The notes under the pieces were generated by a model, which was not told the origin of the DNA, made no database searches, and worked only from the letters and a program-made list of their open reading frames with translations. Positions 11,047 through 22,900 of a stretch of DNA of 64,000 bases are shown piece after piece. The position numbers and the translations under genes were made by a program. The stretch's first letter is position 1. Each line of letters starts with the position of its first letter. The stretch covers positions 800,001-864,000 of the forward strand of contig CM000430.1 of NCBI GenBank assembly GCA_000165345.1, read 5' to 3'.

Positions 11047-13245
11047 TTAGCCCCAGAGAATTAGGGATGGTTTTCCGTCTTTGTTAATTCCAGCTGTGAA
11101 TATCCAAGGTTGCCTTGGATGCCAAATAGCTGAGCTAATAAAAGAAAGCTCTCCTTTAATTACCTTTAGAGGGACAAAAACGGGATCACTCATTAGATCT
11201 GTGGGCATTCTGCAATGGAAAACATTAATAGTGCCATTTTTACTAGCAGAGAAAACCATAGATTTTCCTTGGTGGAATTGTACTTTTTTGATAGCTGATT
11301 CACTATATCTTAAAAGTTTATAAGGAGTATTTCCAAGATCCAGATCAAACCAGGCAATTCTTCCATTGGATTGTCCGACAAAGATATGTTTCCCTGAAGA
11401 ATCTAAAGAAATGGTTGTTGGATCTTCAATACCAATAAGTTTTTTGACCAAAGCTTTACCAGTATTTTGGTTACCAAGCTTCTTATTACCTGTTTTACTA
11501 GATGTTAGGTCAACAATCCTAATACATGTTTGAGTAGCAACAATAAGCCATGGGTTAGATGAGTGAAACTGAACAGATTTAACCAATCCACTAAGTTTTT
11601 TAAATGCAGTAATTGATGAGCATCTATTGATAGAATGAATAACAACTCTTTGTGAAGGTGAAATAGCTCTTGGAGATACTGCAGCTAAATACCCTCCTTT
11701 ACTATGCCAGGATAAATGTCTAATAGTAGATTGATGTTTAATTACAACAGCTGAGCTTAATTCTTTATTTAATTCAGAATTAGAATCCAAATTAATGCTA
11801 TTCCATGAAAGTAACTCCAATTTACTGGATTCTTTATTATAAGTATGGAGATCCTCAAATAATTCCAAAGAATGTTGATAATCTTTTATTGGGTCCTTTT
11901 CCTTGTTTTTAGAATTTTTAATTATTTCATCTGAATCCGAAGTTTCTTCCTGTTCAATATCAGTGGAAGCTTCAGAGTCTTCTGCAAAGCAAATGCTTGG
12001 AAGTTTCAGTACTAAAATAAAGAGATATTCCTCAACTCCACAAGCTAAAATAGGCAAATTAGGATGAAACGCTAGAGTTGTTATAGAGTTTGTGTTAGAT
12101 TCTTGTGTTTCATCACTAGAAGATGGTTCATCGTAGATATTTACTTGTTGAGCTAACTTTGATATATCCAATTTAAAAGCTATTCGTGAAGTAGATATTT
12201 CAAATACTGTCAATAGATTACCTACTCCCACAGCTAGCCAGAATCCATCAGATGATGCAGACATTTGTATATTTTTACTGTCAATAATTTGATCAAAGTC
12301 ATATCTAATTCTGATTGAAGTTGGATAAGGTTTCAAATCGCTTGTATCAATTGGGGGAGGCAAGATACTTTCAGGATCAACGTTCATTCTCATTTTCATA
12401 GCTCTAGGACACAAATAAAGATCCAAGCAACGCTCAAACCTTTCAGTAATGAGCTTGTCATAAGCTGGTACCCTTCTTAGACAATCAAATTTAGATGGTA
12501 TAAATGTATTTTCCAGTTCACCCTCTTTCTCAAGCTTAGAAATCTCATCCTCATCAAACAAGTACTCTTCTGGAGGATTATAGCTATGTTCATGAATTGG
12601 GAGTTCCATTCTTGGTGCTGGGATATGAGGAGGCCCTTTAGAAGTAGTTTCATCAACAACCGGATCCAAAATTGCATCTTCCCAAATATCAAATACTTCC
12701 GGTTCCTTCTTCTTAATAGGATGTAAAATCTTAAGCCTTATTAACTTAATTAGATGAGTAATTTTCTTTGCTTCCCATTTAGATGGTATAAATCCGCGCT
12801 TAGGTACTGGTCTGTTTGATACTGGGAATATTTTATCTTCTAGACTGTCATTTTCATAATGGTAGCTTTCCGCATCAAAGTCAGGATTAGCATAAGTTTG
12901 AGATGAAATTCTTCGGATTATGTCCAAATCCTCATCAGTAAGTCTAACTGAAGTCTGATTTTTTTGATCGTATATTGTTCTCCATGCATCTGGATCTGTT
13001 GAATTTAGTAGAGCTTGTAACTCAGAATCTAAAGAGAAAAATGTATTAAATATATTTCAATAAGTACTAAATATAGATCATTGAGTTAACTTACCTGACT
13101 TATTGAGTAGTTTTTTCAGCCTCTCACCGTCGATTGTATATCCTTGGTGATCAAATTCGTCATACCAATGTAAAGGTACATTTCCAACGCGATTTACCTC
13201 CTCATCCTCATCTGAAATGTACAAATTTTCATCGATATACTCCAT
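11047..13245 (-). CDS. BOP1: Ribosome biogenesis protein BOP1/Erb1 (BOP1NT domain plus WD40 repeats), 2 exons
   Basis: Exon 1 is 13245..13095 and encodes MEYIDENLYISDEDEEVNRVGNVPLHWYDEFDHQGYTIDGERLKKLLNKS, which matches the BOP1 N-terminal motif IGNVPLEWYDDYDH. A 66-bp intron (13094..13029) runs from GTAAGT to TTTAG. Exon 2 is 13028..11047 and stays in frame with ORF 11047..12927. BOP1NT signatures include HSYNPPEEYL and RCLDLYLCPR. The WD40 C-terminal half ends ...WHPRQPWIFTAG. An E2F-like AAAGGCGCCAAA lies about 125 bp upstream. Confidence 0.8.
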
Positions 13246-13368
13246 TGTACTTTTGATACTTTATTTACAGAGTATTTTTTTAATTCTATTTTCCCTACCT
13301 TTATCCACCTTTTTCTATGGTCTTTTTTTACCATTTATATGTTTATTGAAGTGGCGCTCAGTCACTTT

Positions 13369-13384
13369 AAAAGGCGCCAAATCT
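13369..13384. promoter_or_regulatory. E2F-like site AAAGGCGCCAAATC upstream of BOP1
   Basis: About 125 bp 5' of the ATG at 13245 on the minus strand. Confidence 0.4.
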
Positions 13385-13643
13385 TTTCTGCCTCTATAAT
13401 TCTCTTTTTCTTCTATTAGTAGGGTGCTGCTCCAGGTATTCAGTAATGATTAATTTTAAACTGTCTCGTGATTAGAATGAGTGCTTACTCATGTATTTTA
13501 CCACTCATGTAAGATATTTGCTTAGGTTTTTACCTTGTTGATGTTCTTCTTGGTTATCTCATTTTCTAATTTGTGTCTTTACATTCTCAGCATGCACGTT
13601 TTAATATATTAATATTTTGACACGTAAGTTTTAGTAATGAGTT

Positions 13644-13660
13644 GCATGCATTCATGCGCA
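13644..13660. promoter_or_regulatory. GCATGC motif pair TGCATGCATTCATGCGC upstream of the giant gene
   Basis: About 300 bp 5' of the ATG at 13951. There is also CATGCACG at 13591-13598. Confidence 0.35.
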
Positions 13661-13950
13661 AACTTTTTGTAAAACTACCGGTATTAGGAATTATATTATC
13701 ATTTTGAAACATCAAGACAGTAGAAAATTGCAAATAAGCTTACAAAATTAGAGCAAATCAATTAAATGATTTTTAACTCAATTCCTCTTTATTATCAACA
13801 ATGATGAGTGAAATATTACATTCTTCTCATTCTTTTAATGACTTTATAATGAGATAATATATTATTTTTGCCTTGCCGCCCCAAAGTTACGAAATATAAC
13901 ATGTATTGAAAATAAGAAAAAATAAATGTGACAAGGGTTTTGATATTAAA

Positions 13951-16900
13951 GCAATGAGAAATTGCGTTGAGGAAAATGGAGCAAATGGTGTGCAGAGCTT
14001 GATCAAGACATTTGTGAAAGAGGACCCTTCATTTGTGATTTTACAGTCCATTAAAAGTAGTAATTATTTGGAACTTACAGATGGAAGGCTTTTGGTATCG
14101 CATAACCCCAAATTAATAGCGAATTTGACAACTAAAGGTCAACTTAGTGTATTTCTAGATACTTCTAGAGGTGAAATTGAAAATATTGATACTAGACAGA
14201 AGGATATTGTTTTAAAGGAAATTAAATTGCCATTTTTAAAAGAGAAAACTGAGTCAAAAACTGTGATATCAGAAGCTATTTGGTGCAAGTCTATTATAAG
14301 AGAGGATCATCTCAGAGAGTATGAAGTTGCTCCAACTTTGGTTATTCTTGAAAAAACAACAGAGTATATCGAAAAAGACGTCAAATGCAAATACTGTAGT
14401 AAGTATTCAGGAAATCAGTTTTTGACAATAATACAGTTTTCTAGAATTGGAAACTTTGAGGATGGGGAATGTGAAATAATTGAATTGAATGCAAAGAATA
14501 ATTTGGAAAATGTAATCAACTTTAATAGGCCAATATCTATTGATTTTGAAGTTACAAATACTCATAAACCACCTATTTCAAATCAAATGAGAACAATAAT
14601 CAGGTACAGTCGAATTCCAATTATAGATATATTCAATACTTTTTCTAATAAGAAAGCCCAATTTTCCGAAAGCCATAAAACTTGTAAAAGCTGTTTCTCA
14701 TTTAATAATGCTCAAACTTTTGTTGATAACTCCATGGAATCAGGTTTTGTGATAATTATGGCTAATTTGATAGTATTATCTTTGGATTTTATTCAAGGTA
14801 ATTCTTTAATTCTAAAAAGAAGGTTTCTTATTCAAGATTTTCGAGATCCCCAGATTCGCTTTTCTGGTTTTACAATACAAAGTGGATGGCTTGTTTCAGT
14901 ATCTATTGATACTTTGGAGCTATTAATTTGGAACTATTATCAGGGAATAGCCTTTAGAATGGTTAAACTGAGTGAAGATTACTTTGATTTCACAGTTTCA
15001 AATGAGTCAAGAGTTGATGTTTTTGTTACTCTTTCATTTGGAAAAGATTTATCCAAGTTATTTTTAGTCTTTGATGGCTTAAATGAAAATGCTTCCAGTC
15101 ATATAAAACAAGTTGGGATGTATATAATTGATTTAAATGCTATTTTTAGTCAAATTTTCTGCTCTAATTGTATTTTAAAATACTTGATAGACACAAGAAA
15201 AACTTCTGAAATGAGAATATCTGATCCAGGAACTGAATTGAAGAAAAAGTTGCAAATAAGCTCAGGAAGTATACCTCACGTACAATTATATGAAGAGTAT
15301 TCATCGCTCACAGTTTATCCTGAAGCTTTCCATTTTGGAAAAGAACATAAAGCTTTGGAAAAAATCATGAAATGTCTTTCGGAAGAATCTTGTCAATATT
15401 TAGACTCTTTAGATTGGGCAAAAAGCTTGAATCTAAAGTTGGATTTAACAAAATATGAATTTGGATGGCCTCTTTTGTTTAACAAAAGTTGGTTTTATGG
15501 AGATCTATTTTGCAATTATAAGATGAATCAGATCATTATTACTACAATTGAAAATATCATTGCAAGAAACAGCATCGGAGAAGATTTCATAGATAATTTT
15601 GAAGAGCTAAGTAATAATATATATTTAAAGACAATTTCTAGCCATTTAAAAAAGGTTTTAGAAGGGATCCCTGAAATTTTATTTTCGAAAACAATAAGTC
15701 CTAAACAAAGTAATAAGAATTGCTCAGAAATACTTGGAAATCAAGAAACTGATAATCATTTTCAACGTAAATTGATATCTCACAAAACTAGCTTTATATA
15801 CAGTCATTTAATTCCAATTACCATTGATGAATTTCCAAATCATGAAGAATTTCAATACGAGATTAGTTTTATCGATATTATTCCATCATCTGATACAGTT
15901 TTAATACAATTTTCTATTCGAGATTTACCTAAGAAGCATCTAAGCTTTTACATTTCTGAAGAAAGCAAAAATCTTTTTATTAATCAGTTAAGCTTTGAAT
16001 GTGAATATACTACGTTGATTATGGGTTTAACTAAAGTTATAGATTGGCATTACTTTGCACTGAAAGATGTTAGAAGGGAGAAATCTTACCTTGGTCTTTT
16101 TTCAAAAACTATAAGCTTACTTGGGCTCATTTATTCCACTGTAAGGTACCAGGATATTGACAATTTGCAAAAAATTTGTGAGTATAACAATGTAGATCCA
16201 TGCATTATTCCATTAATACAATTGGAAATAGGATTCAAACATGAAGAATTAAAGCTTATTAGCCTTTCTTTGGAAAATACTCCAATGATACTTAATCTAG
16301 AAATGGTTAAACTAGCAAGAAATATGTTGCAAGATGCTAATTTGCATTTATCTTTGGATTTTACAAGAGAATCATCCAAGCTTTTCCTTGATTTTTGCCT
16401 GGACAAAATCAAATATTATTCCGAGAATGAGTCAACAGAGATTTCTGAAGAAAAAAACCAACAAAAGTGTAAGGTTGATGAGTTTCTACAAGAAATTTCT
16501 TACTATTTGTCAGAATTTAGAATGTATTTAAATAAGACTTCAGAATTGACAACCTATGTAAAAGTTTGTGACAACATACAAAAAGGTGATCAAAATTCAG
16601 AGGATGAATTGATTAACGAAACAAACAAAGTAGCTGATGAAGATGGAAGTAATCATGATAATGAGATTTTGAGTAAAAATGAGATATTTATAAGAGACCA
16701 GATAATAATGGGACATTATTCAAGTTTAATTGATTGGTATTTAAAAAGTAGCAAAGATAAAAACCCTCAAGTATTTAGATTAAAAGTTTTACATGATATT
16801 TATAGACTGATTTGTACTTTAAGTACGAATTCTTTAACATTATCAATCCATATGTTGAGACAAATTGGTGAGAATACAACACAGTATCTTAAAAGCATTC

Positions 16901-19900
16901 TGTATTATACAAGTAGAAGAGAAATTAGAAGAAGACTAATTAACCATTTAAAGCACTTTGGTGCCTTAAATGATGATGATATTGCTCTTATTCAATTCAG
17001 TAATGAATTGGAGAGTTACTATCCAAATAATTGTTATTCTGTGGAAAGAAATAGGATCTGGACATCATTATTTACTTATTCTATTCCATATAATGTTTTA
17101 TCAGATTGTAACTTGGAAAATGAGTTCAAGGTTAATACTGATAATGAACTAATCATTCAAGAAAGTATAGAAGGTGGAGTATCCATCAATGATTGTTTTG
17201 TTTCTAATGAAAATTTAGACGAATACTATTTCTATGGAGGTATTGATCAAGGAAGCCATGTAAACAATCCTATTTTTTCGGCAATGACTTATCCATTTGG
17301 TGGATTGCAAGCTTTAAAGTCCGGATTCAAAATAAACCAGGAGTATAATTTACAATATCTTGAGGATTGTAGGAGAATTAAAAGTGTTACCAGTATCTCA
17401 GCCAAGAAATTATCAAATAATAAGGATGATGGTTATAGAACAGAAAACAAAGAAAATGTTGAAATTAGTAACAGAGACTTCTTTTATTCAAACTTTTCTA
17501 CTGAAGCTATTGCTACTTGGGAAGGTTTAAAGTGTTTTGAAATAGAAGACTACGATTTAGAATTAAATAATGACCTTTATATACAAGAAGGAATTTCAAA
17601 AGGGCAAGAGGTTGAAAATGATAGAATTTCTGGCAAAAATATGAATACAGTAATTTCTAGTATTCCTGAGCAAGAAGGAAATGATTTTATTCGTCTTAAC
17701 AATGGTAGACTGGTTTCTATTAAGAATTCAAGCTGTAAACAGTGTTTAGATTTGAACGAAGATGAAGAGCTTGAAATTGAGGAGGAGTTACTCAATTATG
17801 AAAATGAATTTGGGCAATTATTATTATCCAAAAATGATTCAAAAGAAAGTTTTTCTATATCTTCTCAAAAGGAGCATATATCTTCAAATTCATCAATTAT
17901 ATTATCCCCAAGCCCAATATCAAGCTCATTAGAGAAGATTCAGCTAAATACTACCAATTTTGGAGATCATAATTCTAAGAGAGGTGATCTAACATGGCTC
18001 AGACTTCAAAGACAAAGAAGAGAAATGATTAACAACAATTTCAACAATTTTGGTTATTTAAATCATTCACTAAAATTTTTGAGTGAATGGTCGTTTGATG
18101 TTTCTATTAGAGTAGTCATTGAAAAAACTCACCTTCAGGTTTGCTTTGTTTGGAACCGACTATTAAGAGGATTCCAAACCCCTCCAAAGAGAAATGAAGC
18201 TTTAGTATATTCTCTTTTGAATTTAATCATCAGGAAGACTACAATACAACTTTCAAATAACTTGGATTATGAAATTAATTTGCAAGTTGCAAAGACAATT
18301 ACTTCTAGTATTTACATTGCAGTATTTGGATTTATTTTTTCTCATTTTGAATGGAAAAATATTCCAGCTTCAATGAACTATTTGGATAATACACTTTTTC
18401 TAATGTTCAAATATTTTAATGTGGAAGAATCCTACAAGTATGAATTATTGAATGAAATAATTCGTCTCAATTTTAAGTATAGTCCGAAATTTATTGTTGA
18501 AGTGTTTTTGAATTCTTTAGATTCATCTGGAATTGTTCCAATACATCACTTAAAGGCTGATTTGTTGCAAGAGAAGATCAATCAAATTGAGATTGACAGA
18601 TATAATAATGTTAAATATATTCTTGATAAATGCATCAGATATGGTAACTATGGAATTTATCTTTTTAGATACTACTTAATGAAATCCAATGAATTCACTT
18701 CTAAAGAATCATTACATACTTTTTTATCAGTAATTGAGAATTCTAGAGAAACCAATATTAAAGAAGAAAATCAACAAAATCAAGTGGATTATACTGATTA
18801 TTTAAATACTATATATGTTTATCTAGATAGAAAGCAAGATATAATTTTGCTTTCTCTAAAACAGACTTTCAATTCCCTTAAATCAAGTATTGATGAGAAT
18901 ATTTATTTATCTCTCCTAAATGGCTGTACTGAAAATGAGTTTGAAGTTAAGAAGGAAGAAATAGATCAATTTGACCTTAAAAAGTTGGATAGTCCAGGAT
19001 TCATATTAAATGTCTTAATAAGGTACTTTAATAACTACTATGAAAGCGTGCCTGGACCTGATGAGAGAGAAGAGGAGAAAAGGGAGGAAAAGAAAGAGGG
19101 AGAGGAGAAAGAGGAGGAAGAAAATGAGGAAAAGGAGGAGAAAGAGGAAAAGGAGGAGAAAGAGGAAAAGGAGGAGAAAGAGGAAAAGGAGGAGAAAGAG
19201 GAAAAGGAGGAAAATGAAGAAAATGAAACGAAAGAAGAAAATAAGGATAAAGATATCGAACAATCAGAGTTTAAAGGAAAAGATAAAAGGATCAAAATAA
19301 CCCCATATTATATTCTTTCAATTTTATTTTCATTGGATATACCCAGAAAAGAGATATATAATCAAGAATTCTACCAATTTCTTAGAAAATTCTTTCCCTC
19401 TTTAGTAAAAGTATTCAGGGAAGCATTTTTAAAAGAAAAAGTATGCATTGATCAGATTCAAGGAGATTGTTTTAATAAAATGAATGCAAATGATAATAAA
19501 GAATTGAATTCAGATTCTTCAACATCATTTAATATTACTCAGATAATAAAAATGACAGATAAAAACTCAGACTCTTTGATAAAATTGATGGAATTGTATC
19601 CAGAGTTAAGAGAGAAACTTAAAGAAAACCCTAATAATACGGATGAATTTTTTGAAATATTTTCTGAAAACCTAAAAAAAGTAATAGAAGAAGAAGAAAA
19701 AGAAGAAGAAACAGAAAAATCATTCGAAATTTCTGAAGATAAATTAAGCTTACCTATATTACATTATATATCAATAGGAAGACCATTTTTTGCATTTAAT
19801 CTTTTATGTATGAGACATGCAAAATTTCATAATAGTTTAGAGTATAAACAATTTAAAAAGGAGGATTTAAAGTTCCCAGAATTGTCAATGGAAGAAAAGA

Positions 19901-22900
19901 TTGAAATTTATGAATCAGTATATACATTAGCAATTCGAAACTTTACCAGAGATACTGTTGTTTGTAGTAGTGTAATATTTATTTCTATGTTAGAATTACC
20001 AACAGAACTCTTATGTACTGATATAAGAGTTGCAAGATGTATATATCTTCACCAAATTCATAAGAAAGATGAAGGAGACATTAAATCTAAAGTAAATTAT
20101 GATACAAAAGAAATGGATATTCAAATAGATTCAAAGAATTCTGGAAAGATTAATGAAATTTGGAATTTATTTCTTAAATTTGGACCTCCTAAAATAAGCT
20201 CATATTTGGAAAACAATGATGATTACAATGATCAAGATATTCTTAAAGAGTTTCAAGATAACCAAAAGTACTCTAGTTCCTTATTTTCAGTATTAAAGAT
20301 GCTTGAAGAAGCAGCTTGGGCAACTGGTGATATCATAACAGGAGGTAATAATAATGAAGAAAACAATTCTGTTTCAGATCAAGACAATCAAAGTATTGAA
20401 AATGTTGATTTACTTCCACATACTCCCATTTGGCATCTAGTAGCAACTTTCTGTAGAATTCATGGATTACCAAGATCTTTGACTTTATTACATGAATTAG
20501 CTAGAAGAGGAGAATGGGTAGCATTTCTACAAGAATGTGATTCTCAGAAATGTCCATTAGAAACTGTTGGGAATATTATTAATGAGTACATGTCAGAGAA
20601 TCCTGTTTTAAAGTTACATTTAAAGATTGCATTAAAAATTAATGATGATAATGATAATCAAGTTAAAAGTAAGAGCGAATTCTTATATGAATCTAACAAA
20701 GAAAGTGACTATATTATTAGTTTAGTACAATGGGACAAGTTATTTTATTCCTTAAAATTGGATAATGTTGAATATAAGTTGGATGAAGAGAAGATTTCTG
20801 AGTTTTATGAATGGTCAGTTAAACAAGTTTTTAAAGAGATAATACAAGAAATGAGTGTTAATAGAGTTATACTATATTATTCACTTTTTGAAGAGCATTA
20901 TTTGGACTTGGTTGAGAAATTTCCAAAGATGAAGAATAAATTCAAAGAATTAATAAATTCTTCAATTAATTCTTATTTATTAATAGAATTAATTAACACT
21001 TTATGTTATATTTCTATTAATGATAATATTGAAAACCTTCAAGATCATGATATATGGAAGGAAATCTTTGACTTTGAAATAATTCAGGGATTTGAAAACA
21101 TTCAAGGCTCAAATAATGAAATAAAACATCTTAAAAAGTTAGTACAAGAGTTTATATTATCAATTTTTCAAGGAAATAAGTTTGTTCAAATTCCAAATTC
21201 TTGTCAAGATAGAAATCAAATAATTTCAGATCATGAGACAGATATCAATTCAGATACTGATGAAGAAGATTTCTTATTAGAAGATAAAAGTGATTTGTTA
21301 TTAAATAGATTTGTTGAAGAAACTAAGGATGTTATGTTGAAGATGAATGAATTAAAACTAATCATAAGTTTAGATTCTTTGGATATACTTTTTAGGATTA
21401 TTGTTGATAATAATTGTGATGATGATACAAATCAAGATAGTTCAAGTTTAAGTATGACTGGAAAAACTTCAAAACTTATAAACAAAGATGAGACAACCAT
21501 ATTACTTTGGAAATTACTTTCTAATTTAAATGAAAGTGGATTGTTATGTAGGGCTTCAACTCTATTTTATGGAAAAGACACTCAAATAACAATGATTTTC
21601 AATACTATTGAAGCTTTATATTCATATGATGTGGAAAAAGCAACAGAGAATTTGAATAAAGTCTTAATTTGTAATCAATTCGATTTAGAAAGGAATAGAC
21701 AAATTTTTGGATTTTTACCACGTAAGGATTTAGTGAAAAATTACTTTGAGCAAGAGTTTTTGGGATTATATGGTAAAATAACAGTAGAAGATCATAGAAT
21801 ATTATGGAAGATTTTAAGCGAGTTAAGTTTGGAAAACAGATATCCAAAAAATGAAACTCTTTTTTTTGATATAGAAAACCATGGATATAGAAGACATATT
21901 ATAGATATATTATATTTGAATCTGGATGATTATCAAGTCACTTTTGAACAATTTGAAAATTGGTTATGTGTACCTGAGAAGACTCTATTAAAAGATTTTT
22001 ATCACCAGCAAAAGTATGCATTACTTTTAAAATATTTGGAGGAGTCATCTTCTGCATCATGTAGAACATTATTGAATGATGAAGAAGTTTTTAATTGGTT
22101 AGAAGGTTCATTTTTGAGTGATATTGCAAATGAATTGGAGATATTTTCAACAAATATTAACTTTAAGTCATCATTACAGAGAATAGAATTCATTAAGAGT
22201 TATTTTTGGTCTGAATTGAAGAATTTATCTATTTCAATTCAAAAGATCTCTATGGAATTGACTCCTTTATTTTTACTTAAGATCTCAATTTTTTGTTGGT
22301 ATTTCTTTGAAAAACTGGAAAGATGGCTTTCAACTTTTGACCAAGTTATCTTAATTTCTATTTCTATTCATTTTATATTGGAGACTTTAGAAATTATGGA
22401 CTTAAGAAAATCAATAGATTTCAAACCTTTGAATAATATGGAAAATGATTATGGAAATGATAACATGGATAATAATGACTACGGGAATGGTATTAATACT
22501 ACTAGTGATCAAACCAGTTACGAATATAGAAAAGAAGTTGAAAATATAAAAAGCAGAATATTAGAATTTGTTCCAAAGTATTTTGATCAGAAGTATGTTC
22601 AAGAGTGTCTAAAATATGCAAGTTATAAGCTATTTATGTTGCTTTTATCTAATATTAATATTCAAGATTTAAGAAAAAGTAAAGTAAAAACAATATTACA
22701 AGGATTAAGTGAATTAATTTCTCAAATAGGAAAAAATAAATTAAAATTCACAGATTTTGAATTTGAATATAATTCACAATATTTTGATTTACTTGAAGAA
22801 ATTTTCCTCTCTAGTAGAGGAAATCCAGTAATATTTACTCCATCTGGATATTTTAATTTCAAGAATGTAACCATAGAAGTCCCCTTTAGTATACAAATCC

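Noticed and set aside
19015-19300. Three overlapping 80-86-aa ORFs on both strands (poly-Leu/Phe, poly-Ser-Phe, and an Arg/Lys-rich KRKRRRK protein).
   Set aside because: They are frame and strand mirror images of the (GAGGAGAAAGAGGAAAAG)n coding repeat inside the giant ORF, not independent genes.
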